NCBI RefSeq assembly: GCF_009914755.1
Contig: NC_060939.1
DNA length: 64,000 nt
Strand: one strand, 5' to 3'
Source of the DNA: the human T2T-CHM13v2.0 reference genome, Homo sapiens
A program made the translations under genes and the position numbers. Positions within the stretch are counted from its first letter, which is position 1. Every line of letters starts with the position of its first letter. The notes below the pieces were generated by a model. That model saw only the letters and a list, made by a program, of their open reading frames with translations. It searched no databases and had not been told where the DNA came from. This document shows positions 1-13,879 of the stretch, piece after piece.

Positions 1-1299
1 TTCACTCCATTCGATTCCATTCCACTCGATTCCACTTCGTTCCATTTCATTGCATTCCATTCTATTCACTCTATTGCCTTCCATTCCATTCCATTCGATT
101 ACATTCCATGCGATTCCATTCGAAATCGAATCAATTACATTGCAATCCATTACTATTGAGTCCGTTTTATTCCAGTCCACTGCATTCTGGTCCATTCCAT
201 TTGATTCCATTCCATTCTATTCCATTCCATACAGTTGCATTCCATTGGTTTCCATGCTATATCTATAAATTCAATTCGAGACCATTGCTTTTGAGTCCAT
301 TCTATATGATTCCATTCCATTCAAGTCCATTACATTTGGTTCAATTCCATTCCATTCCATTCCCTTCCATTCCATTCCATTTAATATCAATCCATTCGAT
401 TCCATTCCATTCGAGCACATTCCATTCGAGTCCATTCCATTCGATGCCATTCCATTTGATTCTATTCCATTAGTCTCCATTCAATTCCATTAATCTCCAT
501 TCCATTCCATTCTACTCCAACTGATTCCATTCCATTCTATTCCTTTCCATTCCATTTCATTCCATTCCATTCCATTTCATTCCATTCCATTCCATTCGTG
601 TCCATTCCACTCCAGTCCATTCCATTCGTGTCCATTCCATTCCAGTCCATTCCAGTTGTGTCCACTGCATTCCATTCCACTCCATTCCATATTATTCCAT
701 TACACTCCATTCCATTCTATTACTTTCATTTCCCTTCAATTCCATTCCATTTGATTCCATTCCACTCGGTTTCATTCCATTTGAGTCCACTCCACTCCAT
801 TCCATTCCATTCCATTCCATTCAGTTCCATTCCATTCTGTTCCATTCCATTCCGTTCCATTGCATTCCATTCCATTCGGTACCATTCCATATTGTTCCAT
901 TCGATTCCATTCGAATCCATTCCATTCCAGTCCATTCCATTCGATTCCATTCCATTCCTTTCAATTCCATTCCATTCCATTCCATTCCACTTGATTCCAC
1001 TCCATTCCCTTCCACTGCATTCCATTGCATTGCATTCCATTCCATTGGACTGCATTCCATTCGATTCCATTCCATTCGAATCAATTACATAGCAATTCAT
1101 TACATTCGAGTCTATTCTCTTCCGTTCCATTCGATTTCGTTCCAATCCATTCGATTCCATTCCATTCGATTCCATTCCATACTATTGCATTCCATTCGAT
1201 TACATTATATTCGAATAAGTTCCATTCAAGACCATTTCTTTTGAGTCCATTCTATTTGAGTCCATTCCCTTTGATTCCATAACATTTGAGTCCATTCAA

Positions 1300-4200
1300 T
1301 TCCATTCCTTTCGTTTCCATTCCATTTGATGCCATTCCATTCAATTCTGTTCTACTCGACTCCAATACATTCAATTCCATTCCATCCGATTCCATTACAT
1401 TCTTTTCATTTCTTATCCATTTCAAGCCATTCCACTCCATTCCATTCCACTCGTTTCCTTTCCATTCGAGTCCATTCCTCTCCAGTCCATTCCGTTCAAT
1501 CCATTCCATTCCAGTCCATTCCATTCGAGTCCGTTCCATTCCAGTCCATTCCATTCGAGTCAATTCCATTCCATTCGATGTCTTTCCATAACGATCCATT
1601 CCATTCTATTCCTTTCGATTCCATTCCATTCTATTTCATTCCATTCGATTCCCTTCCATTGGACTCCTTTCCATTCGAGTGCATTCCATTCCGTTCCATT
1701 TCTTTCCGTTCTGTACGATTCCTACCGTTCGATTTCATTTTGTTCCAGTCCATTCTTTCGCGTCCATTCCATTCCATTTCACTCCATTCGATTCCATTCC
1801 ACTCGATTCCACTTCGTTCCATTTCATTGCATTCCATTCTATTCAACTCTATTGCCTTCCATTCCATTCCATTCGATTACATTCCATGCGATTCCATTCG
1901 AAATCAAATCAATTACATTGCAATCCATTACTATTGAGTCCGTTTTATTCCAGTCCACTGCATTCTGGTCCATTCCATTTGATTCCATTCCATTCTATTC
2001 CATTCCATACAGTTGCATTCCATTGGATTCCATGCTATATCTATAAATTCAATTCGAGACCATTGCTTTTGAGTCCATTCTATATGATTCCATTCCATTC
2101 AAGTCCATTACATTTGGTTAAATTCCATTCCATTCGGTTCAATTCCATTCCATTCCATTCCCTTCCATTCCATTCCAGTTGATATCAATCCATTCGATTC
2201 CATTCCATTCGAGCACATTCCATTCGAGTCCATTCCATTCGATGCCATTCCATTTGATTCTATTCCATTAGTCTCCATTCAATTCCATTAATCTCCATTC
2301 CATTCCATTCTACTCCAAATGATTCCATTCCATTCTATTCCTTTCCATTCCATTTCATTCCATTCCATTCCATTCCATTCCATTCCATTCCATTCCATTC
2401 GTGTCCATTCCACTCCAGTCCATTCCATTCGTATCCATTCCATTCCAGTCCATTCCATTTGTGTCCACTGCATTCCATTCCACTCCATTCCATATTATTC
2501 CATTACACTCCATTCCATTCTATTACTTTCATTTCCATTCAATTCCATTCCATTTGATTCCATTCCACTCGGTTTCATTCCATTTGAGTCCACTCCATTC
2601 CATTCCATTCCATTCAGTTCCATTCCATTCTGTTCCATTCCATTCCGTTCCATTACATTCCATTCCATTCGGTACCATCCCATATTGTTCCATTCGATTC
2701 CATTCGAATCCATTCCATTCCAGTCCATTCCATTCGATTCCATTCCATTCATTTCAATTCCATTCCATTCCATTCCATTACATTCCACTTGATTCCTCTC
2801 CATTCCCTTCCACTGCATTCCGTTCGATTCCATTCCATTGCATTGCATTCCATTCCATTGGATTGCATTCCATTCGATTCCATTCCATTCGAATCAATTA
2901 CATAGCAATCCATTACATTCGAGTCTATTCTCTTCCGTTCCATTCGATTTCGTTCCAATCCATTCGATTCCATTCCATTCGATTCCATTCCATACTGTTG
3001 CATTCCATTCGATTACATTATATTCGAATAAGTTCCATTCAAGACCATTTCTTTTGAGTCCATTCTATTTGAGTCCATTCCCTTTGATTCCATAACATTT
3101 GAGTCCATTCAATTCCATTCCTTTCGTTTCCATTCCATTTGATGCCATTCCATTCAATTCTGTTCTACTCGACTCCAATACATTCAATTCCATTCCATCC
3201 GATTCCATTACATTCTTTTCATTTCTTATCCATTTCAAGCCATTCCACTCCATTCCATTCCACTCGTTTCCTTTCCATTCGAGTCCATTCCTCTCCAGTC
3301 CATTCCGTTCAATCCATTCCATTCCAGTCCATTCCATTCGAGTCCGTTCCATTCCAGTCCATTCCATTCGAGTCAATTCCATCCCATTCGATGTCTTTCC
3401 ATAACGATCCATTCCATTCTATTCCTTTCGATTCCATTCCATTCTATTTCATTCCATTCGATTCCCTTCCATTGGACTCCTTTCCATTCGAGTGCATTCC
3501 ATTCCGTTCCATTTCTTTCCGTTCTGTACGATTCCTACCGTTCGATTTCATTTTGTTCCAGTCCATTCCTTTCGCGTCCATTCCATTCCATTTCACTCCA
3601 TTCGATTCCATTCCACTCGATTCCACTTCGTTCCATTTCATTGCATTCCATTCTATTCAACTCTATTGCCTTCCATTCCATTCCATTCGATTACATTCCA
3701 TGCGATTCCATTCGAAATCGAATCAATTACATTGCAATCCATTACTATTGAGTCCGTTTTATTCCAGTCCACTGCATTCTGGTCCATTCCATTTGATTCC
3801 ATTCCATTCTATTCCATTCCATACAGTTGCATTCCATTGAACTCCATTGTATATCTATAAATTCAATTCGAGACCATTGCTTTTGAGTCCATTCTATATG
3901 ATTCCATTCCATTCAAGTCCATTACATTTGGTTCAATTCCATTCCATTCCATTCCCTTCCATTCCATTCCAGTTGATATCAATCCATTCGATTCCATTCC
4001 ATTCGAGCACATTCCATTCGAGTCCATTCCATTCGATGCCATTCCATTTGATTCTATTCCATTAGTCTCCATTCAATTCCATTAATCTCCATTCCATTCC
4101 ATTCTACTCCAACTGATTCCATTCCATTCTATTACTTTCCATTCCATTTCATTCCATTCCATTCCATTTCATTCCATTCCATTCCATTCCATTCCATTCG

Positions 4201-7200
4201 CTTCCATTCCATTCGTGTCCATTGCATTCCAGTCCATTCCATTTGTGTCCACTGCATTCCATTCCACTCCATTCCATATTATTCCATTACACTCCATTCC
4301 ATTCTATTACTTTCATTTCCATTGAATTCCATTCAATTTGATTCCATTCCACTCGGTTTCATTCCATTTGAGTCCACTCCACTCCATTCCATTCCATTCC
4401 ATTCCATTCAGTTCCATTCCATTCTGTTCCATTCCATTCCGTTCCATTGCATTCCATTCCATTCGGTACCATTCCATATTGTTCCATTCGATTCCATTCG
4501 AATCCATTCCATTCCAGTCCATTCCATTCGATTCCATTTTATTCCTTTCAATTCCATTCCATTCCATTCCATTCCACTTGATTCCACTCCATTCCCTTCC
4601 ACTGCATTCCATTGCATTGCATTCCATTCCATTGGACTGCATTCCATTCAATTCCATTCCATTCGAATCAATTACATAGCAATCCATTACATTCGAGTCT
4701 ATTCTATTCCGTTCCATTCGATTTCATTCCAATCCATTCGATTCCATTCCATTCGATTCCATTCCATACTATTGCATTCCATTCTATTACATTATATTCG
4801 AATAAGTTCCATTCAAGACCATTTCTTTTGAGTCCATTCTATTTGAGTCCATTCCCTTTGATTCCATAACATTTGAGTCCATTCAATTCCATTCCTTTCA
4901 TTTCCATTCCATTTGATGCCATTCCATTCAATTCTGTTCTACTCGACTCCAATACATTCAATTCCATTCCATCCGATTCCATTACATTCTTTTCATTTCT
5001 TATCCATTTCAAGCCATTCCACTCCATTCCATTCCACTCGTTTCCTTTCCATTCGAGTCCATTCCTCTCCAGTCCATTCCGTTCAATCCATTCCATTCCA
5101 GTCCATTCCATTCGAGTCCGTTCCATTCCAGTCCATTCCATTCGAGTCAATTCCATTCCATTCGATGTCTTTCCATAACGATCCATGCCATTCTATTCCT
5201 TTCGATTCCATTCCATTCTATTTCATTCCATTCGATTCCCTTCCATTGGACTCCTTTCCATTCGAGTGCATTCCATTCCGTTCCATTTCTTTCCGTTCTG
5301 TACGATTCCTACCGTTCGATTTCATTTTGTTCCAGTCCATTCTTTCGCGTCCATTCCATTCCATTTCACTCCATTCGATTCCATTCCACTCGATTCCACT
5401 TCGTTCCATTTCATTGCATTCCATTCTATTCAACTCTATTGCCTTCCATTCCATTCCATTCGATTACATTCCATGCGATTCCATTCGAAATCAAATCAAT
5501 TACGTTGCAATCCATTACTATTGAGTCCGTTTAATTCCAGTCCAATGCATTCTGGTCCATTCCATTTGATTCCATTCCATTCTATTCCATTCCATACAGT
5601 TGCATTCCATTGGATTCCATGCTATATCTATAAATTCAATTCGAGACCATTGCTTTTGAGTCCATTCTATATGATTCCATTCCATTCAAGTCCATTACAT
5701 TTGGTTCAATTCCATTCCATTCGGTTCAATTCCATTCCATTCCATTCCCTTCCATTCCATTCCAGTTGATATCAATCCATTCGATTCCATTCCATTCGAG
5801 CACATTCCATTCGAGTCCATTCCATTCGATGCCATTCCATTTGATTCTATTCCATTAGTCTCCATTCAATTCCATTAATCTCCATTCCATTCCATTCTAC
5901 TCCAACTGATTCCATTCCATTCTATTCCTTTCCATTCCATTTCATTCCATTCCATTCCATTCCATTCCATTCCATTCCATTCCATTCGAGTCCATTCCAC
6001 TCCAGTCCATTCCATTCGTATCCATTCCATTCCAGTCCATTCCATTTGTGTCCACTGCATTCCATTCCACTCCATTCCATATTATTCCATTACACTCCAT
6101 TCCATTCTATTACTTTCATTTCCATTCAATTCCATTCCATTTGATTCCATTCCACTCGGTTTCATTCCATTTGAGTCCACTCCATTCCATTCCATTCCAT
6201 TCAGTTCCATTCCATTCTGTTCCATTCCATTCCGTTCCATTACATTCCATTCCATTCGGTACCATTCCATATTGTTCCATTCGATTCCATTCGAATCCAT
6301 TCCATTCCAGTCCATTCCATTCGATTCCATTCCATTCATTTCAATTCCATTCCATTCCATTCCATTACATTCCACTTGATTCCTCTCCATTCCCTTCCAC
6401 TGCATTCCGTTCGATTCCATTCCATTGCATTGCATTCCATTCCATTGGATTGCATTCCATTCGATTCCATTCCATTCGAATCAATTACATAGCAATCCAT
6501 TACATTCGAGTCTATTCTCTTCCGTTCCATTCGATTTCGTTCCAATCCATTCGATTCCATTCCATTCGATTCCATTCCATACTATTGCATTCCATTCGAT
6601 TACATTATATTCGAATAAGTTCCATTCAAGACCATTTCTTTTGAGTCCATTCTATTTGAGTCCATTCCCTTTGATTCCATAACATTTGAGTCCATTCAAT
6701 TCCATTCCTTTCGTTTCCATTCCATTTGATGCCATTCCATTCAATTCTGTTCTACTCGACTCCAATACATTCAATTCCATTCCATCCGATTCCATTACAT
6801 TCTTTTCATTTCTTATCCATTTCAAGCCATTCCACTCCATTCCATTCCACTCGTTTCCTTTCCATTCGAGTCCATTCCTCTCCAGTCCATTCCGTTCAAT
6901 CCATTCCATTCCAGTCCATTCCATTCGAGTCCGTTCCATTCCAGTCCATTCCATTCGAGTCAATTCCATTCCATTCGATGTCTTTCCATAACGATCCATT
7001 CCATTCTATTCCTTTCGATTCCATTCCATTCTATTTCATTCCATTCGATTCCCTTCCATTGGACTCCTTTCCATTCGAGTGCATTCCATTCCGTTCCATT
7101 TCTTTCCGTTCTGTACGATTCCTACCGTTCGATTTCATTTTGTTCCAGTCCATTCTTTCGCGTCCATTCCATTCCATTTCACTCCATTCGATTCCATTCC

Positions 7201-9300
7201 ACTCGATTCCACTTCGTTCCATTTCATTGCATTCCATTCTATTCAACTCTATTGCCTTCCATTCCATTCCATTCGATTACATTCCATGCGATTCCATTCG
7301 AAATCGAATCAATTACATTGCAATCCATTACTATTGAGTCCGTTTTATTCCAGTCCACTGCATTCTGGTCCATTCCATTTGATTCCATTCCATTCTATTC
7401 CATTCCATACAGTTGCATTCCATTGGATTCCATGCTATATCTATAAATTCAATTCGAGACCATTGCTTTTGAGTCCATTATATATGATTTCATTCCATTC
7501 AAGTCCATTACATTTGGTTAAATTCCATTCCATTCGGTTCAATTCCATTCCATTCCATTCCCTTCCATTCCATTCCAGTTGATATCAATACATTCGATTC
7601 CATTCCATTCGAGCACATTCCATTCGAGTCCATTCCATTCGATGCCATTCCATTTGATTCTATTCCATTAGTCTCCACTCAATTCCATTAATCTCCATTC
7701 CATTCCATTCTACTCCAACTGATTCCATTCCATTCTATTCCTTTCCATTCCATTTCATTCCATTCCATTCCATTCCATTCCATTCCATTCCATTCCATTC
7801 CATTCGTGTCCATTCCACTCCAGTCCATTCCATTCGTATCCATTCCATTCCAGTCCATTCCATTTGTGTCCACTGCATTCCATTCCACTCCATTCCATAT
7901 TATTCCATTACACTCCATTCCATTCTATTACTTTCATTTCCATTCAATTCCATTCCATTTGATTCCATTCCACTCGGTTTCATTCCATTTGAGTCCACTC
8001 CATTCCATTCCATTCCATTCAGTTCCATTCCATTCTGTTCCATTCCATTCCGTTCCGTTACATTCCATTCCATTCGGTACCATTCCATATTGTTCCATTC
8101 GATTCCATTCGAATCCATTCCATTCCAGTCCATTCCATTCGATTCCATTCCATTCATTTCAATTCCATTCCATTCCATTCCATTACATTCCACTTGATTC
8201 CTCTCCATTCCCTTCCACTGCATTCCGTTCGATTCCATTCCATTGCATTGCATTCCATTCCATTGGATTGCATTCCATTCGATTCCATTCCATTCGAATC
8301 AATTACATAGCAATCCATTACATTCGAGTCTATTCTATTCCGTTCCATTCGATTTCGTTCCAATCCATTCGATTCCATTCCATTCGATTCCATTCCATAC
8401 TATTGCATTCCATTCGATTACATTATATTCGAATAAGTTCCATTCAAGACCATTTCTTTTGAGTGCATTCTATTTGAGTCCATTCCCTTTGATTCCATAA
8501 CATTTGAGTCCATTCAATTCCATTCCTTTCGTTTCCATTCCATTTGATGCCATTCCATTCAATTCTGTTCTACTCGACTCCAATACATTCAATTCCATTC
8601 CATCCGATTCCATTACATTCTTTTCATTTCTTATCCATTTCAAGCCATTCCACTCCATTCCATTCCACTCGTTTCCTTTCCATTCGAGTCCATTCCTCTC
8701 CAGTCCGTTCCGTTCAATCCATTCCATTCCAGTCCATTCCATTCGAGTCCGTTCCATTCCAGTCCATTCCATTCGAGTCAATTCCATTCCATTCGATGTC
8801 TTTCCATAACGATCCATTCCATTCTATTCCTTTCGATTCCATTCCATTCTATTTCATTCCATTCGATTCCCTTCCATTGGACTCCTTTCCATTCGAGTGC
8901 ATTCCATTCCGTTCCATTTCTTTCCGTTCTGTACGATTCCTACCGTTCGATTTCATTTTGTTCCAGTCCATTCTTTCGCGTCCATTCCATTCCATTTCAC
9001 TCCATTCGATTCCATTCCACTCGATTCCACTTCGTTCCATTTCATTGCATTCCATTCTATTCAACTCTATTGCCTTCCATTCCATTCCATTCGATTACAT
9101 TCCATGCGATTCCATTCGAAATCGAATCAATTACATTGCAATCCATTACTATTGAGTCCGTTTTATTCCAGTCCACTGCATTCTGGTCCATTCCATTTGA
9201 TTCCATTCCATTCTATTCCATTCCATACAGTTGCATTCCATTGGATTCCATGCTATATCTATAAATTCAATTCGAGACCATTGCTTTTGAGTCCATTCTA
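1300..9300 (+). repeat. Block duplication A, copy 1 (about 4.5 units; partner at +12,579/+12,570 bp)
   Basis: Private variants shared only with the partner: CTCCAAATGA (~2313/14892), GGTACCATCCC (2671/15250), CATACTGTTG (2991/15570), GATCCATGCC (~5180/17759), GTTTAATTCC (~5529/18109), CCATTATATATGATTT (~7475/20045), GATATCAATA (7581/20151), GTCTCCACTC (7671/20241), CGTTCCGTTA (8051/20621). Boundaries are approximate. Confidence 0.85.
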
Positions 9301-12300
9301 TATGATTCCATTCCATTCAAGTCCATTACATTTGGTTCAATTCCATTCCATTCCATTCCCTTCCATTCCATTCCATTTGATATGAATCCACTCGATTCCA
9401 TTCCATTCGAGCACATTCCATTCGAGTCCATTCCATTCGATGCCATTCCATTTGATTCTATTCCATTAGTCTCCATTCAATTCCATTAATCTCCATTCCA
9501 TTCCATTCTACTCCAACTGATTCCATTCCATTCTATTCCTTTCCATTCCATTTCATTCCATTCCATTCCATTTCATTCCATTCCATTCCATTCGTGTCCA
9601 TTCCACTCCAGTCCATTCCATTCGTGTCCATTCCATTCCAGTCCATTCCATTTGTGTCCACTGCATTCCATTCCACTCCATTCCATATTATTCCATTACA
9701 CTCCATTCCATTCTATTACTTTCATTTCCATTCAATTCCATTCCATTTGATTCCATTCCACTCGGTTTCATTCCATTTGAGTCCACTCCATTCCATTCCA
9801 TTCCATTCCATTCAGTTCCATTCCATTCTGTTCCATTCCATTCCGTTCCATTACATTCCATTCCATTCGGTACCATTCCATATTGTTCCATTCGATTCCA
9901 TTCGAATCCATTCCATTCCAGTCCATTCCATTCGATTCCATTCCATTCATTTCAATTCCATTCCATTCCATTCCATTACATTCCACTTGATTCCTCTCCA
10001 TTCCCTTCCACTGCATTCCGTTCGATTCCATTCCATTGCATTGCATTCCATTCCATTGGATTGCATTCCATTCGATTCCATTCCATTCGAATCAATTACA
10101 TAGCAATCCATTACATTCGAGTCTATTCTATTCCGTTCCATTCGATTTCGTTCCAATCCATTCGATTCCATTCCATTCGATTCCATTCCATACTATTGCA
10201 TTCCATTCGATTACATTATATTCGAATAAGTTCCATTCAAGACCATTTCTTTTGAGTCCATTCTATTTGAGTCCATTCCCTTTGATTCCATAACATTTGA
10301 GTCCATTCAATTCCATTCCTTTCGTTTCCATTCCATTTGATGCCATTCCATTCAATTCTGTTCTACTCGACTCCAATACATTCAATTCCATTCCATCCGA
10401 TTCCATTACATTCTTTTCATTTCTTATCCATTTCAAGCCATTCCACTCCATTCCATTCCACTCGTTTCCTTTCCATTCGAGTCCATTCCTCTCCAGTCCA
10501 TTCCGTTCAATCCATTCCATTCCAGTCCATTCCATTCGAGTCCGTTCCATTCCAGTCCATTCCATTCGAGTCAATTCCATCCCATTCGATGTCTTTCCAT
10601 AACGATCCATTCCATTCTATTCCTTTCGATTCCATTCCATTCTATTTCATTCCATTCGATTCCCTTCCATTGGACTCCTTTCCATTCGAGTGCATTCCAT
10701 TCCGTTCCATTTCTTTCCGTTCTGTACGATTCCTACCGTTCGATTTCATTTTGTTCCAGTCCATTCCTTTCGCGTCCATTCCATTCCATTTCACTCCATT
10801 CGATTCCATTCCACTCGATTCCACTTCGTTCCATTTCATTGCATTCCATTCTATTCAACTCTATTGCCTTCCATTCCATTCCATTCGATTACATTCCATG
10901 CGATTCCATTCGAAATCGAATCAATTACATTGCAATCCATTACTATTGAGTCCATTTTATTCCAGTCCACTGCATTCTGGTCCATTCCATTTGATTCCAT
11001 TCCATTCTATTCCATTCCATACAGTTGCATTCCGTTGGATTCCATTCTATATCCATAAATTCAATTCGAGACCATTGCTTTTGAGTCCATTCTATATGAT
11101 TCCATTCCATTCAAGTCCATTACATTTGGTTCAATTCCATTCCGTTCCATTCCCTTCCATTCCATTCCAGTTGATATCAATCCATTCGATTCCATTCCAT
11201 TCGAGCACATTCCATTCGAGTCCATTCCATTCGATGCCATTCCATTTGATTCTATTCCATTAGTCTCCATTCAATTCCATTAATCTCCATTCCATTCCAT
11301 TCTACTCCAACTGATTCCATTCCATTCTATTCCTTTCCATTCCATTTCATTCCATTCCATTCCATTTCATTCCATTCCATTCCATTCGTGTCCATTCCAC
11401 TCCAGTCCATTCCATTCGTGTCCATTCCATTCCAGTCCATTCCAGTTGTGTCCACTGCATTCCATTCCACTCCATTCCATATTATTCCATTACACTCCAT
11501 TCCATTCTATTACTTTCATTTCCCTTCAATTCCATTCCATTTGATTCCATTCCACTCGGTTTCATTCCATTTGAGTCCACTCCATTCCATTCCATTCCAT
11601 TCCATTCAGTTCCATTCCATTCTGTTCCATTCCATTCCGTTCCATTACATTCCATTCCATTCGGTACCATTCCATATTTTTCCATTCGATTCCATTCGAA
11701 TCCATTCCATTCCAGTCCATTCCATTCGATTCCATTCCATTCATTTCAATTCCATTCCATTCCATTCCATTACATTCCACTTGATTCCTCTCCATTCCCT
11801 TCCACTGCATTCCGTTCGATTCCATTCCATTGCATTGCATTCCATTCCATTGGATTGCATTCCATTCGATTCCATTCCATTCGAATCAATTACATAGCAA
11901 TCCATTACATTCGAGTCTATTCTATTCCATTCCATTCGATTTCGTTCCAATCCATTCGATTCCATTCCATTCGATTCCATTCCATACTATTACATTCCAT
12001 TCGATTACATTATATTCGAATAAGTTCCATTCAAGACCATTTCTTTTGAGTCCATTCTATTTGAGTCCATTCCCTTTGATTCCATAACATTTGAGTCCAT
12101 TCAATTCCATTCCTTTCGTTTCCATTCCATTTGATGCCATTCCATTCAATTCTGTTCTACTCGACTCCAATACATTCAATTCCATTCCATCCGATTCCAT
12201 TACATTCTTTTCATTTCTTATCCATTTCAAGCCATTCCACTCCATTCCATTCCACTCGTTTCCTTTCCATTCGAGTCCATTCCTCTCCAGTCCATTCCGT

Positions 12301-13879
12301 TCAATCCATTCCATTCCAGTCCATTCCATTCGAGTCCGTTCCATTCCAGTCCATTCCATTCGAGTCAATTCCATCCCATTCGATGTCTTTCCATAACGAT
12401 CCATTCCATTCTATTCCTTTCGATTCCATTCCATTCTATTTCATTCCATTCGATTCCCTTCCATTGGACTCCTTTCCATTCGAGTGCATTCCATTCCGTT
12501 CCATTTCTTTCCGTTCTGTACGATTCCTACCGTTCGATTTCATTTTGTTCCAGTCCATTCCTTTCGCGTCCATTCCATTCCATTTCACTCCATTCGATTC
12601 CATTCCACTCGATTCCACTTCGTTCCATTTCATTGCATTCCATTCTATTCAACTCTATTGCCTTCCATTCCATTCCATTCGATTACATTCCATGCGATTC
12701 CATTCGAAATCGAATCAATTACATTGCAATCCATTACTATTGAGTCCATTTTATTCCAGTCCACTGCATTCTGGTCCATTCCATTTGATTCCATTCCATT
12801 CTATTCCATTCCATACAGTTGCATTCCATTGAACTCCATTGTATATCTATAAATTCAATTCGAGACCATTGCTTTTGAGTCCATTCTATATGATTCCATT
12901 CCATTCAAGTCCATTACATTTGGTTCAATTCCATTCCATTCCATTCCCTTCCATTCCATTCCAGTTGATATCAATCCATTCGATTCCATTCCATTCGAGC
13001 ACATTCCATTCGAGTCCATTCCATTCGATGCCATTCCATTTGATTCTATTCCATTAGTCTCCATTCAATTCCATTAATCTCCATTCCATTCCATTCTACT
13101 CCAACTGATTCCATTCCATTCTATTACTTTCCATTCCATTTCATTCCATTCCATTCCATTTCATTCCATTCCATTCCATTCCATTCCATTCGCTTCCATT
13201 CCATTCGTGTCCATTGCATTCCAGTCCATTCCATTTGTGTCCACTGCATTCCATTCCACTCCATTCCATATTATTCCATTACACTCCATTCCATTCTATT
13301 ACTTTCATTTCCATTGAATTCCATTCCATTTGATTCCATTCCACTCGGTTTCATTCCATTTGAGTCCACTCCACTCCATTCCATTCCATTCCATTCCATT
13401 CAGTTCCATTCCATTCTGTTCCATTCCATTCCGTTCCATTGCATTCCATTCCATTCGGTACCATTCCATATTGTTCCATTCGATTCCATTCGAATCCATT
13501 CCATTCCAGTCCATTCCATTCGATTCCATTCCATTCCTTTCAATTCCATTCCATTCCATTCCATTCCACTTGATTCCACTCCATTCCCTTCCACTGCATT
13601 CCATTGCATTGCATTCCATTCCATTGGACTGCATTCCATTCGATTCCATTCCATTCGAATCAATTACATAGCAATCCATTACATTCGAGTCTATTCTATT
13701 CCGTTCCATTCGATTTCGTTCCAATCCATTCGATTCCATTCCATTCGATTCCATTCCATACTATTGCATTCCATTCTATTACATTATATTCGAATAAGTT
13801 CCATTCAAGACCATTTCTTTTGAGTCCATTCTATTTGAGTCCATTCCCTTTGATTCCATAACATTTGAGTCCATTCAAT

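Noticed and set aside
122-133. DUX4-like motif (AAATCGAATCA) once per unit
   Set aside because: It has two mismatches to TAAYYYAATCA, including the first T. This is too weak to call from sequence alone.
1252-1599. 115-aa minus-strand ORF 'MDRYGKTS...' intact in 33 of 35 units
   Set aside because: Its conservation reflects the near-identity of the units. It is low-complexity and is truncated by a nonsense change in the units at ~40.9 and ~56.9 kb. I used it only as a positional landmark.
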